64,000 nucleotides of DNA from Achromobacter sp. (GTDB taxonomy: Bacteria; Pseudomonadota; Gammaproteobacteria; Burkholderiales; Burkholderiaceae_B), in contig DALZRX010000001.1 of the NCBI GenBank assembly GCA_032015805.1, positions 2,939-66,938 of the forward strand, given 5' to 3'. The stretch's first letter is position 1. Each line of letters begins with the position of its first letter. Of the stretch, positions 49,373-58,965 are shown in pieces. The notes beneath the pieces were generated by a model. That model was not told the origin of the DNA and did no database searches. It saw only the letters and a program-made list of their open reading frames with translations. The position numbers and the translations under genes are program-made.

Positions 49373-50344
49373 TCAATCCGCCTTCACGCCAAGCGACTTC
49401 GCAAGGGGCATCCATTGCTTGCGTTCGCCATCGATGAACTGGGCGAATTGCTGCTGCGATCCAGGCATGGGCTGGGCGCCGATGCGCCGCAGTTTCTCCA
49501 CCAGCTCCGGCTTTTTCAACGCCTCGTTAATTGCCCGGTTCATGGCGTCAATGGCGGGCTGCGGCGTGCCCACGCGCGCCATCACGCCGAACCAGGCTGC
49601 CGCTTCGAGTCCCGGATACCCTAGCTCCTTGGCTGTGGGAACGTCCGGCAACTGAGGGAACCGCTGATCGTCCAGAATGGCCAAGGGCACGATGCGTCCG
49701 GCCTTCGCCTGCTGCATGCAAGATGGCAGGGCGTCGAACATGATGTCGATGTTCCCTCCCATCATGCTGACAATCGCCGGTGCACTGCCCGCGAACGGCA
49801 CATGCGTCACTTTGAAGCCCATCTTGCTGACCGCATACTCTCCCGCCAGATGCGTAATGTTGCCGCTGCTGGCCGATCCCATGGTGAGCTTGCCGTCCTC
49901 CTGCCGGCCCTGCGCGATCAGCGCAGGAACATCCTTGGCTCCCAATTCTTTCTGAGTCACCAGCAGCAGCGGCGCTTTGCCCATGCCTGCCACAGGAACG
50001 AAGTCCTTGACCGGATCGTAGGACATTTTGGAGTAAATGGCCTGGTTGATGACAATGGGTGCGTTGGCGCCGACGTAGAACGTGGAGCCGTCGGGCGCAG
50101 CCTGCAGCACCGTCTCAGCCGCGATCATGCCGGCCGCGCCGCCCTTGTTCTCGACGACGATGGGTATGCCCAGGACAGCTGCAGCATCGTTGGCCACCAG
50201 GCGGGTGATCTGGTCGGCCGCACCTCCAGCGGGATACGGGACGATGTAGCGGATGGAGGAGGGTTTGGCTTGCGCAAGACCTCCTGCGCAGCAGGCTGCG
50301 AGGCCTAGCGCCAGGACACTGCTGAAAAGGGAACGACGCGGCAT
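49373..50344 (-). CDS. Bug/TctC periplasmic solute-binding protein
   Basis: IVPYPAGGAAD, VENKGGA, HVPF, PDVPT. Confidence 0.93.
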   Translation of the reverse strand: MPRRSLFSSVLALGLAACCAGGLAQAKPSSIRYIVPYPAGGAADQITRLVANDAAAVLGIPIVVENKGGAAGMIAAETVLQAAPDGSTFYVGANAPIVINQAIYSKMSYDPVKDFVPVAGMGKAPLLLVTQKELGAKDVPALIAQGRQEDGKLTMGSASSGNITHLAGEYAVSKMGFKVTHVPFAGSAPAIVSMMGGNIDIMFDALPSCMQQAKAGRIVPLAILDDQRFPQLPDVPTAKELGYPGLEAAAWFGVMARVGTPQPAIDAMNRAINEALKKPELVEKLRRIGAQPMPGSQQQFAQFIDGERKQWMPLAKSLGVKAD

Positions 50345-50402
50345 GGATTTGTCTCCTGTATTTTTATGGCGAGAAGAATGAACCGCCTAAGCCGTCGTCG
50401 CG

Positions 50403-51626
50403 TCAGATAGCTCCAGCAGCGCGAAGCTCGGCAATGCGTTCCGGCGGTAGATCAAGATGCTTGGCCAGCACACGGTCGGTATGCTCTCCGAGTAACGGCG
50501 CGGAGCGGCCGTATTGGATTGGCGTTTCGGACATGCGGATCGGGCTGGCGACAGCGGGCGCCTCTACGCCTGCGCCGTGCGGCAACGTGAGCCGCATTCC
50601 CCGATGCTGGACCTGGGGGTCCTCAAACACCTGCTTCATGTTGTAGATGGGGCCGCAGGGCACATTCGCCGCCTCCATGAGTTCCACCCACTCCTGCATG
50701 GTGCGCGCCAGCATGGCCTGAGCGATCTCCGGTATGAGCGCGTCGCGATTGCGGTTGCGCTGGCCGGGCGTGGCGTAGCGCTCGTTGCCGGCCAGGTCTG
50801 CCCGCCCGATAAGCTGGCAGAAGGCGCGAAACTGGCCATCATTGCCCACGGCAACGATGACGCTGCCTTGCTTGCAGCGGAAAACCTGGTAGGGAACCAT
50901 GTTCGAATGCGCGTTTCCCATGCGGCTCGGAATCTTGCCTGACAGGAAGTGATTGATCGCTTGGTACGAGCTGATGCTGACCACGCAGTCGAGCAGAGCC
51001 ATGTCGATGTACTGCCCAAGCCCGCTTACATTACGGTGTTCCAATGCGGCCAATATGGCTGTCGTGGCATACATGCCGGTAAGCAGGTCGCTGATGGCAA
51101 TGCCGACCTTCATCGGTTCATCGCCAGGCGTGTTTTCCGGCTGGCCCGTGATGCTCATCAACCCACCCATGCCCTGGAACACGAAGTCATAGCCAGGAAG
51201 TGCGGCATACGGCCCGTCCTGCCCGAAGCCGGTAACTGAGCAATACACCAGACGAGGATTAACCGCCTTCAGGCTCTCGTAGTCCAGGCCGAAACGCGCA
51301 AGCGTTCCTACCTTGTAGTTCTCTACCACGACATCCGACTGAGCCGCGAGCTTGCGGATCAACGCCTGGCCATCCGGGTTGGCAAGATCGACAGTGATGG
51401 ATTTCTTGCCACGATTTGCCGCCAGAAAGTATGAGGAATCGGTGGTTTCGCAGCCCTGTCCGTCCTTCAGGAACGGCGGGCCCCACGCGCGCGTATCGTC
51501 CCCCACTTGGGGGCGTTCCACTTTGATGACCTCGGCGCCCAGGTCCGCGAGGTTCTGGGTCGCCCACGGGCCCGCCAGAATGCGTGTCAGGTCCAGCACC
51601 TTGATATGCCCGAGCGCCGTCTTCAT
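50403..51626 (-). CDS. CaiB/BaiF class III CoA transferase
   Basis: DLTRILAGP, GDDTR, NRGKKS, GYD, APLLGEH. Confidence 0.95.
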   Translation of the reverse strand: MKTALGHIKVLDLTRILAGPWATQNLADLGAEVIKVERPQVGDDTRAWGPPFLKDGQGCETTDSSYFLAANRGKKSITVDLANPDGQALIRKLAAQSDVVVENYKVGTLARFGLDYESLKAVNPRLVYCSVTGFGQDGPYAALPGYDFVFQGMGGLMSITGQPENTPGDEPMKVGIAISDLLTGMYATTAILAALEHRNVSGLGQYIDMALLDCVVSISSYQAINHFLSGKIPSRMGNAHSNMVPYQVFRCKQGSVIVAVGNDGQFRAFCQLIGRADLAGNERYATPGQRNRNRDALIPEIAQAMLARTMQEWVELMEAANVPCGPIYNMKQVFEDPQVQHRGMRLTLPHGAGVEAPAVASPIRMSETPIQYGRSAPLLGEHTDRVLAKHLDLPPERIAELRAAGAI

Positions 51627-52464
51627 CGTCCCAGTCTCCTTGTTTTTTTCTGTCGGTCAGCTTAGAAACTGGTCCCCCCCGCGTCCAATATTATTTATCG
51701 GCAATCTGATACACGCTGAGTATCACCAGGACGAAGGCCCGGCTGCCACGCCCAGGCCAGCGCAGGCGCGCGTGACTGTACTTGCGGTGAAGGCCCAGAC
51801 CATCATGGTTCAGCGCACTGGTGGCAGGTACTTCAATCCCTGCGGGAAGCCTCGCGGTGCGACGGAGAGGTGATCCTCGTCGTTCAACAGAACGAAGTCC
51901 TTGCGATGGGCTGCGTCCTGAAGCGGCAAATGCTGAAAGTGATCCCGAATGCTGCGTTTCCCCATCTCCAATAGAAGCTCGCATGACAACAACGCGACCT
52001 GCGCCCCAAGGTGAGACCTTCTGATGATCTGTCCAGCCGGGTCGGTGTGCAGGAAGTGCGCTATCCGCGAGACAGCCCAGACGTCAAGCTGAACGTTTGC
52101 AGCCAGTGTCATCTGCTCAGCTGCGGCACGCAATTAAAGGGAGACCTCGATGTTGCTCGTCAAGGCGTAGGTCACCTCAAGGCCTGGATTCGTCGTCCGT
52201 AATTTCACGATTTCTTCAATGCCCGTTTACTGCAAAGTTCGCCTTTCTTCAGACTGCAGGCTGTCGATCCGCACAGAATTAGAGAAGACGCCCGCGCAAT
52301 AGCAGGTGTTGCCGGCCAAAGCCAAAGGCGAATTTCATCCAATAAGGCGAACTTTATTCCCGCTGCTCAAGGATTTCCCTAATCAAATTTCCCTTGCGGA
52401 AAATCAATGCTCTATAGGACACTTTGTGTCATAGCGCCGCAACGGCGCACACAAGGGGAATGGC

Positions 52465-53427
52465 ATGAAAGTCTTGGGCATGGTGGCGGCGTTGGCGATT
52501 ACGGCGGGAATGACGACCGGCGCGCAGGCGGCGTTTCCGGAGCGGCCGATCCGGCTGGTGGTGCCGTTTGGCGCTGGGGGCATCACGGATATCGTGGCGC
52601 GGCAGGTGGGCAAGGGAATGGGGGACGTGTTGGGGCAGGGGATCGTGATCGAGAACCGGCCTGGCGCGGGCGGCGTGATCGCGGCGCAGGTGGCGGCCAC
52701 GGCGCCGGCCGATGGCTACACGATCTTCATGGGGACGGTAGGCACGCAGGTCGTGAATCCGCTGATTTACACCAAGCTGAGCTATGACGCCGACAAGTTT
52801 GCGCCGGTGGGCATGGTGTCCGGATCGCCCTATCTGCTCGCGGTGCGCGCGGGCGTGCCGGCCGCGTCGTTTGCTGAATTCGTCAAATATGCCAAGGCCA
52901 ATCCGGCGAAGCTGAACTTCGGCTCGGCGGGCAATGCCAGTTCGCCGCACCTGGGGTTGGAACTGCTGAAGCTGACGGCTGGCGTGGACATCGTCCATGT
53001 GCCGTTCAAGAGCGGCAGCGAGGCGGTGAACGCGGCGATCGGCGAGCAGGTGGATGTGGTGATGGACGCCAGTCCGGTCATCATGCCGCATGTGGCGTCG
53101 GGAAAATTGCGGGCGCTGGCGGTGGCATCGGACAAGCGGCTGCCCTCCGCGCCGGCGGTGCCGGCCAGCACCGAGGCGGGCGATGCGGGCTTGCAGATCA
53201 GTTCGTGGAATGCCTTCTTTGCGCCGGCGGGCACGCCGCCCGAGGTGCTGGCTGCGTTGAACGCGGCCCTGCAAAAGACGCTGGCTTCGCCGGAATTGAA
53301 GGAGCGGCTTGCGTCGCAGGGCACGCAGCTCTACACGGGCACGCCCGACGAATACCACCGCTTCATCGGCGGTGAAAAGACCAAGTGGGCCGAGATCGTG
53401 AAGCGCGCCAACATCAAAATGGATTAG
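52465..53427 (+). CDS. Bug/TctC periplasmic solute-binding protein
   Basis: VVPFGAGGITD, ENRPGAGG, HVPFKSG. Confidence 0.93.
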   Translation: MKVLGMVAALAITAGMTTGAQAAFPERPIRLVVPFGAGGITDIVARQVGKGMGDVLGQGIVIENRPGAGGVIAAQVAATAPADGYTIFMGTVGTQVVNPLIYTKLSYDADKFAPVGMVSGSPYLLAVRAGVPAASFAEFVKYAKANPAKLNFGSAGNASSPHLGLELLKLTAGVDIVHVPFKSGSEAVNAAIGEQVDVVMDASPVIMPHVASGKLRALAVASDKRLPSAPAVPASTEAGDAGLQISSWNAFFAPAGTPPEVLAALNAALQKTLASPELKERLASQGTQLYTGTPDEYHRFIGGEKTKWAEIVKRANIKMD

Positions 53428-53455
53428 GAACCGCAATCATGACTAGGAGTTCCGC

Positions 53456-54100
53456 ATGAACAATCAGGTGTCCCATCCGCTGGCGGGCAAGCCGCTGGAA
53501 CTGGCGGATACGCTGCGATCGGGCAACGCATGGAAGATACGGCTGGCCTGCGGACTGATGGGCCTGGACGTCAAGCGGCGTACGTTCGACATCGTCCAGG
53601 GCGACCTGGAAACCGACGCCTTCGCGCGCATCAACCCCTGGCGGCAGGTGCCCGCGCTGCTGACGCCGGAGGGGCAGTGGTTGGCTGAGTCCCAGGCCAT
53701 TCTCTGGTACCTGGGCACAGGCACGCGCTGGCTGCCCGAGGACCGCCTGGCGCAGGCGCAGGTGTTGAGCTGGTTGAGTTTCGAGCAAACCCAGCACATG
53801 CATGCGTACGCGCAACCGCGTCTTTTGATCCATCTGCGCCAGACCGCAAAGGTGGACGATCCCGAGATGGTGGCATGGCGCGCGGCGGGCATGAAGGCCG
53901 CGGCGCTGATGGACACCCACCTGGCTGGCCGCGATTACCTGGTGGGCACGGCGCCGACCATCGCGGATATCGCGCTGTACCCTTACACGAGCATGGCGGA
54001 CGAGGGCGGTTACGACCTGTCCGGCTTTGCGCACATCACTGCCTGGCTGGCGCGCATGCGTGCCTTGCCGGGATTTACGCCGTTGATCGAAACGGCATGA
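53456..54100 (+). CDS. Glutathione S-transferase family
   Basis: SGNAWK, NPWRQVP, ESQAIL, TIADIA. Confidence 0.9.
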   Translation: MNNQVSHPLAGKPLELADTLRSGNAWKIRLACGLMGLDVKRRTFDIVQGDLETDAFARINPWRQVPALLTPEGQWLAESQAILWYLGTGTRWLPEDRLAQAQVLSWLSFEQTQHMHAYAQPRLLIHLRQTAKVDDPEMVAWRAAGMKAAALMDTHLAGRDYLVGTAPTIADIALYPYTSMADEGGYDLSGFAHITAWLARMRALPGFTPLIETA

Positions 54101-54107
54101 CGGAGAC

Positions 54108-54893
54108 ATGATGGCCGATACGATGCACCTGGGAAAAGACGAACTGATCGCGCGCGCGCAGGCAGAGATGCAGCGCCAGTTCGAGACCCCGCAATGGACC
54201 TTGCGCGAACGGCTGGCGCTGACCTGCCGCATCCTGTTCGACGGCGGACATGATTCCGGCCTGGCGGGTCAGATCACGGCGCGCGCGCCGGAACCGAACC
54301 GCTACTTCACGCAGCGGCTTGGGCTGGGCTTCGACGAGATCACGGCCAGCAACCTGCTGCTGGTTGACGAGGACCTGCGGGTGCAGGAAGGCGGCGGCAT
54401 GCCCAATCCCGCGAACCGCTTTCATTCGTGGATCTATCGCGCTCGCCCCGACGTGAACTGCATCATCCACACGCACCCGCTGCACGTGGCGTCGTTGTCC
54501 ATGCTTGAAGTCCCGCTTGAGGTCTCGCACATGGACAACTGCCCGCTCTACGGCGATGTGGCGTTTTTGAAGGACTGGCCCGGCGTGCCGGTGGGCAATG
54601 AGGAAGGCGAGATCATTTCCCAGGCGCTGGGCGACAAGCGCGCCATCTTGCTGTCTCACCACGGCATGCTGATCGCGGCCGGGTCGGTGGAAGAAGCCTG
54701 CGTGCTGGCGCTGCAGTTCGAGCGCGCGGCGCGCATGCAGCTTCTGGCGATGGCGGCGGGCAAGATCCAGCCGATTCCGCCTGAACTGGGCCGCGAGGCG
54801 CACGACTGGATCCTGACGCCCAAGCGGTCGCAGGTGGGTTTTTCGTACTATGCGCGCCGCGCCCTGCGGACGCACTCCGATGTCCTGAGCTGA
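54108..54893 (+). CDS. Class II aldolase/adducin family protein
   Basis: FHSWIYRARPDV..IIHTH, LSHHG metal ligands. Confidence 0.9.
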   Translation: MMADTMHLGKDELIARAQAEMQRQFETPQWTLRERLALTCRILFDGGHDSGLAGQITARAPEPNRYFTQRLGLGFDEITASNLLLVDEDLRVQEGGGMPNPANRFHSWIYRARPDVNCIIHTHPLHVASLSMLEVPLEVSHMDNCPLYGDVAFLKDWPGVPVGNEEGEIISQALGDKRAILLSHHGMLIAAGSVEEACVLALQFERAARMQLLAMAAGKIQPIPPELGREAHDWILTPKRSQVGFSYYARRALRTHSDVLS

Positions 54894-54971
54894 CGCGAGC
54901 GGGGCGGGGGCGCTCGACGGCGAGGCCTGTTTCGGGCATTCTTGCCGGTTGTATTTGCGCATTCCCCGCCC

Positions 54972-55526
54972 ATGATCGACCTGCCGCACCGCCTTCGCAC
55001 CTTGCGCCGCCAGCAAACCTTGTCCCTGGAACAGCTTGCGCAGCGCACGGGATTGACCAAGAGCTATCTCTCCAAGCTGGAGCGGGGCCTGAGCGAGCCG
55101 TCGATTTCCACGGTGCTGCGCCTGGCCGAGGCCTACGGCGTGGGCGTCTCGCAACTGGTCGGCGGCGACGATGCCACGCAGGACGAAGTGGTCAGCGTGG
55201 TGCGCGTGGCCGACCGGGAGGCTCTGCAGCGGCGGGGCCTGGGCAGCGAGTACCATTACGAATCCCTGGCTGGCCGGCGCAAGGTCAAGGCGATGGAACC
55301 GTTCGTGGTGCATCCGCCGCGCGAGTTCCCCGACGCCGCCGCCGTGTTTCCGCACCCGGGCGAGGAATTCCTGCTGGTGCTCAAGGGCGCCATCGAGGTC
55401 CACGTGGGGGAACGCCAGTTCCGCCTGGAGACCGGCGATTCGGTCTATTTCGACTCGGAACTGCCGCACCGCATGCGCACCGTGAGCCGGGCGATGGCCG
55501 AAGTGCTGGTGGTGGCGGCGCACTGA
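54972..55526 (+). CDS. XRE HTH + cupin regulator
   Basis: LSLEQLA..SYLSKLERG; HPGEEF..GDSVYFDS..PH. Confidence 0.9.
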   Translation: MIDLPHRLRTLRRQQTLSLEQLAQRTGLTKSYLSKLERGLSEPSISTVLRLAEAYGVGVSQLVGGDDATQDEVVSVVRVADREALQRRGLGSEYHYESLAGRRKVKAMEPFVVHPPREFPDAAAVFPHPGEEFLLVLKGAIEVHVGERQFRLETGDSVYFDSELPHRMRTVSRAMAEVLVVAAH

Positions 55527-55576
55527 GCGGCCTGGGCCGGCACATCGATTCGCAATTGGAAGACACAGGAACCACC

Positions 55577-55942
55577 ATGAAACACGATCAATCGCGGCTC
55601 GTCCGCATCGACGCCGGGCCGATGAAGGACCCGGTGCCCGGCAAGCCGCGCCGTCCGATCTCGGGCGATGCGGCTTTTCGCACCGTCACCGCCTTTGAAG
55701 GCAACGCAGGCAAGGCCGAGGCCGGCGTGTGGGAAAGCACCGCCGGTTCCTTTCAGTCCAACACCACGGGCTACATCGAGTTCGGCTACATCGTCGAAGG
55801 CGCGGCGCGCCTGGTGGACCCGGACGGCACGGTGCATGCACTGACGGTGGGCGAGGCTTTCGTGATGCCCGAAGGCTATACGGGCCGCTGGGAAGTGGAC
55901 CATTTCGTCAAGAAGATCTATTTCATCACCCGCATGGGCTAA
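55577..55942 (+). CDS. DUF861/EutQ-like cupin
   Basis: GVWESTAG..E..YIVEG..PEGYTGRW..KKIY. Confidence 0.85.
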   Translation: MKHDQSRLVRIDAGPMKDPVPGKPRRPISGDAAFRTVTAFEGNAGKAEAGVWESTAGSFQSNTTGYIEFGYIVEGAARLVDPDGTVHALTVGEAFVMPEGYTGRWEVDHFVKKIYFITRMG

Positions 55943-55972
55943 ACCTTCGGCCCACACCCAGGAGCAATCCTC

Positions 55973-56836
55973 ATGACCGCAACTCCCGCTGCCGCCCTTC
56001 CGCGTGCAGCGCTGCCCGCCCGCACCGCGCAGGTGGATGTCGTCTCGATCCAATCCCAGGTTGTCTATGGCTATGTCGGCAACAACGCCGCCATGCCGGT
56101 GTTCCGCAAGGCGGGGCTGCGCGCGATTGCGCTGCCCACCGTCATTCTCAGCAACACGCCGCACTACCCCACGCTACATGGCGGGGCGGTGCCGCTGGAC
56201 TGGTTCGAGGGCTTGTTGCAAGGGTTGAACGATCGGCGCGTGAGCCAGGTGGCGCGCGCGGTGGTGTGCGGATATCTGGGGCAGCCCGGGCAGGCTGGGT
56301 TGCTCGCGCAGTGGCTGACGTCGGTTCGCGCGTCGCGGCCCGACCTGCGGGTCTTCATCGATCCGGTCATGGGCGATCGCAATGATGGCCTTTACGTGAA
56401 TGAAGGGCTGGTCGCGCAGTATCGGGACCTGCTGGTGCCGCTGGCCGAAGGCATGACGCCCAATCATTTCGAGCTGGAACTGTTGGTGGGCCGGTCGCTG
56501 TCGTCGGTGGACGAGGTGGTGGCCGCCGCCCGCGAACTCATCGCGCGCGGCCCGCAATGGATCGTCGCGACCAGTGCCGCGCCAATGGCGGCCGCGCCGG
56601 GCACGCTGCAACTGGTGGTCGTGACGCGCGACGACGTCACGGTCGTCACCCATCCCGAGATCGCGATTCCGCCGTCGGTGCATGGCACGGGCGACGTGTT
56701 CATGGCCGCCGTCGCGTCGCGCTTGCTGAACGGCCTGACGCTGGTCGAAGCGGTGCGCGAAGCCGCGGCGCAGGTCACGGTGACGCTGGAGCGCACGCGC
56801 GAGCTGGGCTGGGAAGAACTGGCCGCCGAAGGGTAG
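55973..56836 (+). CDS. pdxK: Pyridoxal/pyridoxine kinase
   Basis: SIQSQVVYGYVGN, SNTPHY, DPVMGD, TPNHFE, GTGD. Confidence 0.9.
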   Translation: MTATPAAALPRAALPARTAQVDVVSIQSQVVYGYVGNNAAMPVFRKAGLRAIALPTVILSNTPHYPTLHGGAVPLDWFEGLLQGLNDRRVSQVARAVVCGYLGQPGQAGLLAQWLTSVRASRPDLRVFIDPVMGDRNDGLYVNEGLVAQYRDLLVPLAEGMTPNHFELELLVGRSLSSVDEVVAAARELIARGPQWIVATSAAPMAAAPGTLQLVVVTRDDVTVVTHPEIAIPPSVHGTGDVFMAAVASRLLNGLTLVEAVREAAAQVTVTLERTRELGWEELAAEG

Positions 56837-56870
56837 GGCGCGGGCGGGGCCATGCCCCGCCGTCCGCTTA

Positions 56871-57317
56871 TCAGTACGTCTTGTATGGCAGGAACTTTCC
56901 GCTCATGACGATCTGCACGCGGTCGCCCTTGGGATCGGCCTCGCGCGACAGGTCCATCTTGAAGTCGATGGCGCTCATGATGCCGTCACCGAATTCTTCA
57001 TTGATCAACGCCTTGAAGGTGGTGCCGTAGACGTTGATCAGTTCATAGAAGCGGTAGATCAGCGGGTCCGTCGGCACCGTGGTCGGCAGCGAACCCTTGT
57101 AGGGAACAACCTGAAGCTGCACAACCGCGTCCGCCGGCAGGTCCAGCACGCGAGCAGCCGCCAGCGCCTGCTCCTCGGTCATGGTCATCTGGCCCAGCAG
57201 CGCGGCGGTGGTCCATTCCTTGCTCTGGCCCACGGCCTCGGCGATGGCGCCCCAGGAAAGCTGCTTTTCCAGCTTGCGGGTGACGACGAGTTCAGTGACT
57301 TCAGCGCGGGACATCAT
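56871..57317 (-). CDS. cynS: Cyanase (cyanate hydratase)
   Basis: PTDPLIYRFYE, EEFGDGIMSAIDF, GKFLPY. Confidence 0.96.
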   Translation of the reverse strand: MMSRAEVTELVVTRKLEKQLSWGAIAEAVGQSKEWTTAALLGQMTMTEEQALAAARVLDLPADAVVQLQVVPYKGSLPTTVPTDPLIYRFYELINVYGTTFKALINEEFGDGIMSAIDFKMDLSREADPKGDRVQIVMSGKFLPYKTY

Positions 57318-57322
57318 GGTGT

Positions 57323-58117
57323 TCACTCCTTGTGATTGGCCTTGTCGACCAGGAAGTCGACGAGATGGTTGCGAATGTCGTAATAGCGGGGTTCGTGGTG
57401 CAGGCTGGCGCGTGTCCGGTCGCGCGGCAGATCCACGCTGACGGATTCGGCGATGCGGGCGTACGGGCCCGCGCTCATGAGCAGGATGCGGTCAGACAGC
57501 AGGATGGCCTCGTCCACGTCGTGCGTGATCATGAACACGGTCTGGCCGGTCTCCTGGACGATGGCGCGCAGCTCGTCCTGGATGGCGCCGCGCGTCAGCG
57601 CGTCCAGCGCACCAAAGGGTTCGTCCAGCAACAGCATCTTGGGCTGGATGGCGAAGGCGCGCGCGATGCCCACGCGCTGCTTCATGCCGCCGGACAATTC
57701 GCAAGGCTTCTTGCCGGCGGCGTGGCCCAGGCCCACCATATCCAAGTAGCGCTGGCTGTGTGCGCGCACCTGTTCGCGGCTATAGGCCGGCCAACGAGAG
57801 CGCACGCCGAACTCCACGTTCTGCAGCGCCGTCAGCCAGGGCAGTAGCGCGTGCGCCTGGAACACGACACCACGCTCGAGCGACGGCCCCGCGATCTGCC
57901 GGCCGTCCATGATGACGATGCCTTCATTGCTGTCGTCGATGCCGGCCAGCACGTTCAGGATGGTGGTCTTGCCGCAGCCGGAGTGGCCGATGATGCATAC
58001 GAACTGGCCTTTGTCGATTTTGAAATCGATATTCTCGAAGACGGGCGGCTGGGGACGGCCGTCGCGTCCGGGGTAACGCTTGCCCAGCCCTTGGACCTGC
58101 AGGAAAGTTTGGCTCAT
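57323..58117 (-). CDS. Cyanate/nitrate-type ABC ATPase
   Basis: GHSGCGKT, LSGGMKQ, LLDEPFGALD, THDVDE. Confidence 0.92.
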   Translation of the reverse strand: MSQTFLQVQGLGKRYPGRDGRPQPPVFENIDFKIDKGQFVCIIGHSGCGKTTILNVLAGIDDSNEGIVIMDGRQIAGPSLERGVVFQAHALLPWLTALQNVEFGVRSRWPAYSREQVRAHSQRYLDMVGLGHAAGKKPCELSGGMKQRVGIARAFAIQPKMLLLDEPFGALDALTRGAIQDELRAIVQETGQTVFMITHDVDEAILLSDRILLMSAGPYARIAESVSVDLPRDRTRASLHHEPRYYDIRNHLVDFLVDKANHKE

Positions 58118-58122
58118 GCGCG

Positions 58123-58965
58123 TTACTCCCGATAGCTCACCAGCCGCGCTGCGCGGGCCAGCAGGTTGTCCAGCAGCATGCCGATCAGGCCGATGAAAAG
58201 GATGGCGCAGATGATGTTGGAAATGGACAGGTTGTTCCACTCGTTCCAGACGAAGTAGCCGATACCCGTGCCGCCGATGAGCATCTCGGCCGCCACGATC
58301 ACCAGCCAGGCGATGCCGACCGAGATGCGCATGCCGGTCATGATGGTGGGCGCGGCGGCGGGCAGGATGACCTGCAGCGCCGTGCGCAGCCGCGATACCT
58401 CAAGCGTGCGCGCCACGTTCAGCCAGTCCTGCCGCACGGCGCCGACGCCGAACGCGGTGTTCACCAGCATCGGCCACAACGAGCAGATGAAGATCACAAA
58501 GATGGCGGACGTGTTGGCGTCCTTGATGGTGTAGAGCGCCAGCGGCATCCAGGCGAGCGGCGAGATCGGCTTGAGCACCTGGATGAAAGGATCGAACGCG
58601 CGATACACCGTCCGGGACATGCCGATCAGAAATCCCAGCGGTATCGCCACCAGCGCGGCCAGGCCAAATCCCGTCAGCACCCGCGCCACGGAATAGCCGA
58701 GCTGGATGCCGATGCCCTTGTCGTTTGGCCCGCGGTCGTAGAAGGGATCCTTCAAGTGCTGCCACAACTGTGCACCCACGTCGGCCGGACCGGGAAACGG
58801 GGTCTTGGAGCCGCTGGCCGCGGCATTGCCGACCAGCGCCGCGTAGGCCGGGTCGACCGTGGCCGCGCCCGTATCAGGGCGGGTGGCGGCGTGCCAGAGC
58901 AGCAGGAACGCCAGGAACAGGGCAATAGACAGGAAGGTTGCCCGCCAGTGTTGCACGGACCCCAT
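58123..58965 (-). CDS. Cyanate/nitrate-type ABC permease (NrtB-like)
   Basis: PFYDRGPNDKGIG, LKPISPLAW, VAAEML. Confidence 0.92.
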   Translation of the reverse strand: MGSVQHWRATFLSIALFLAFLLLWHAATRPDTGAATVDPAYAALVGNAAASGSKTPFPGPADVGAQLWQHLKDPFYDRGPNDKGIGIQLGYSVARVLTGFGLAALVAIPLGFLIGMSRTVYRAFDPFIQVLKPISPLAWMPLALYTIKDANTSAIFVIFICSLWPMLVNTAFGVGAVRQDWLNVARTLEVSRLRTALQVILPAAAPTIMTGMRISVGIAWLVIVAAEMLIGGTGIGYFVWNEWNNLSISNIICAILFIGLIGMLLDNLLARAARLVSYRE

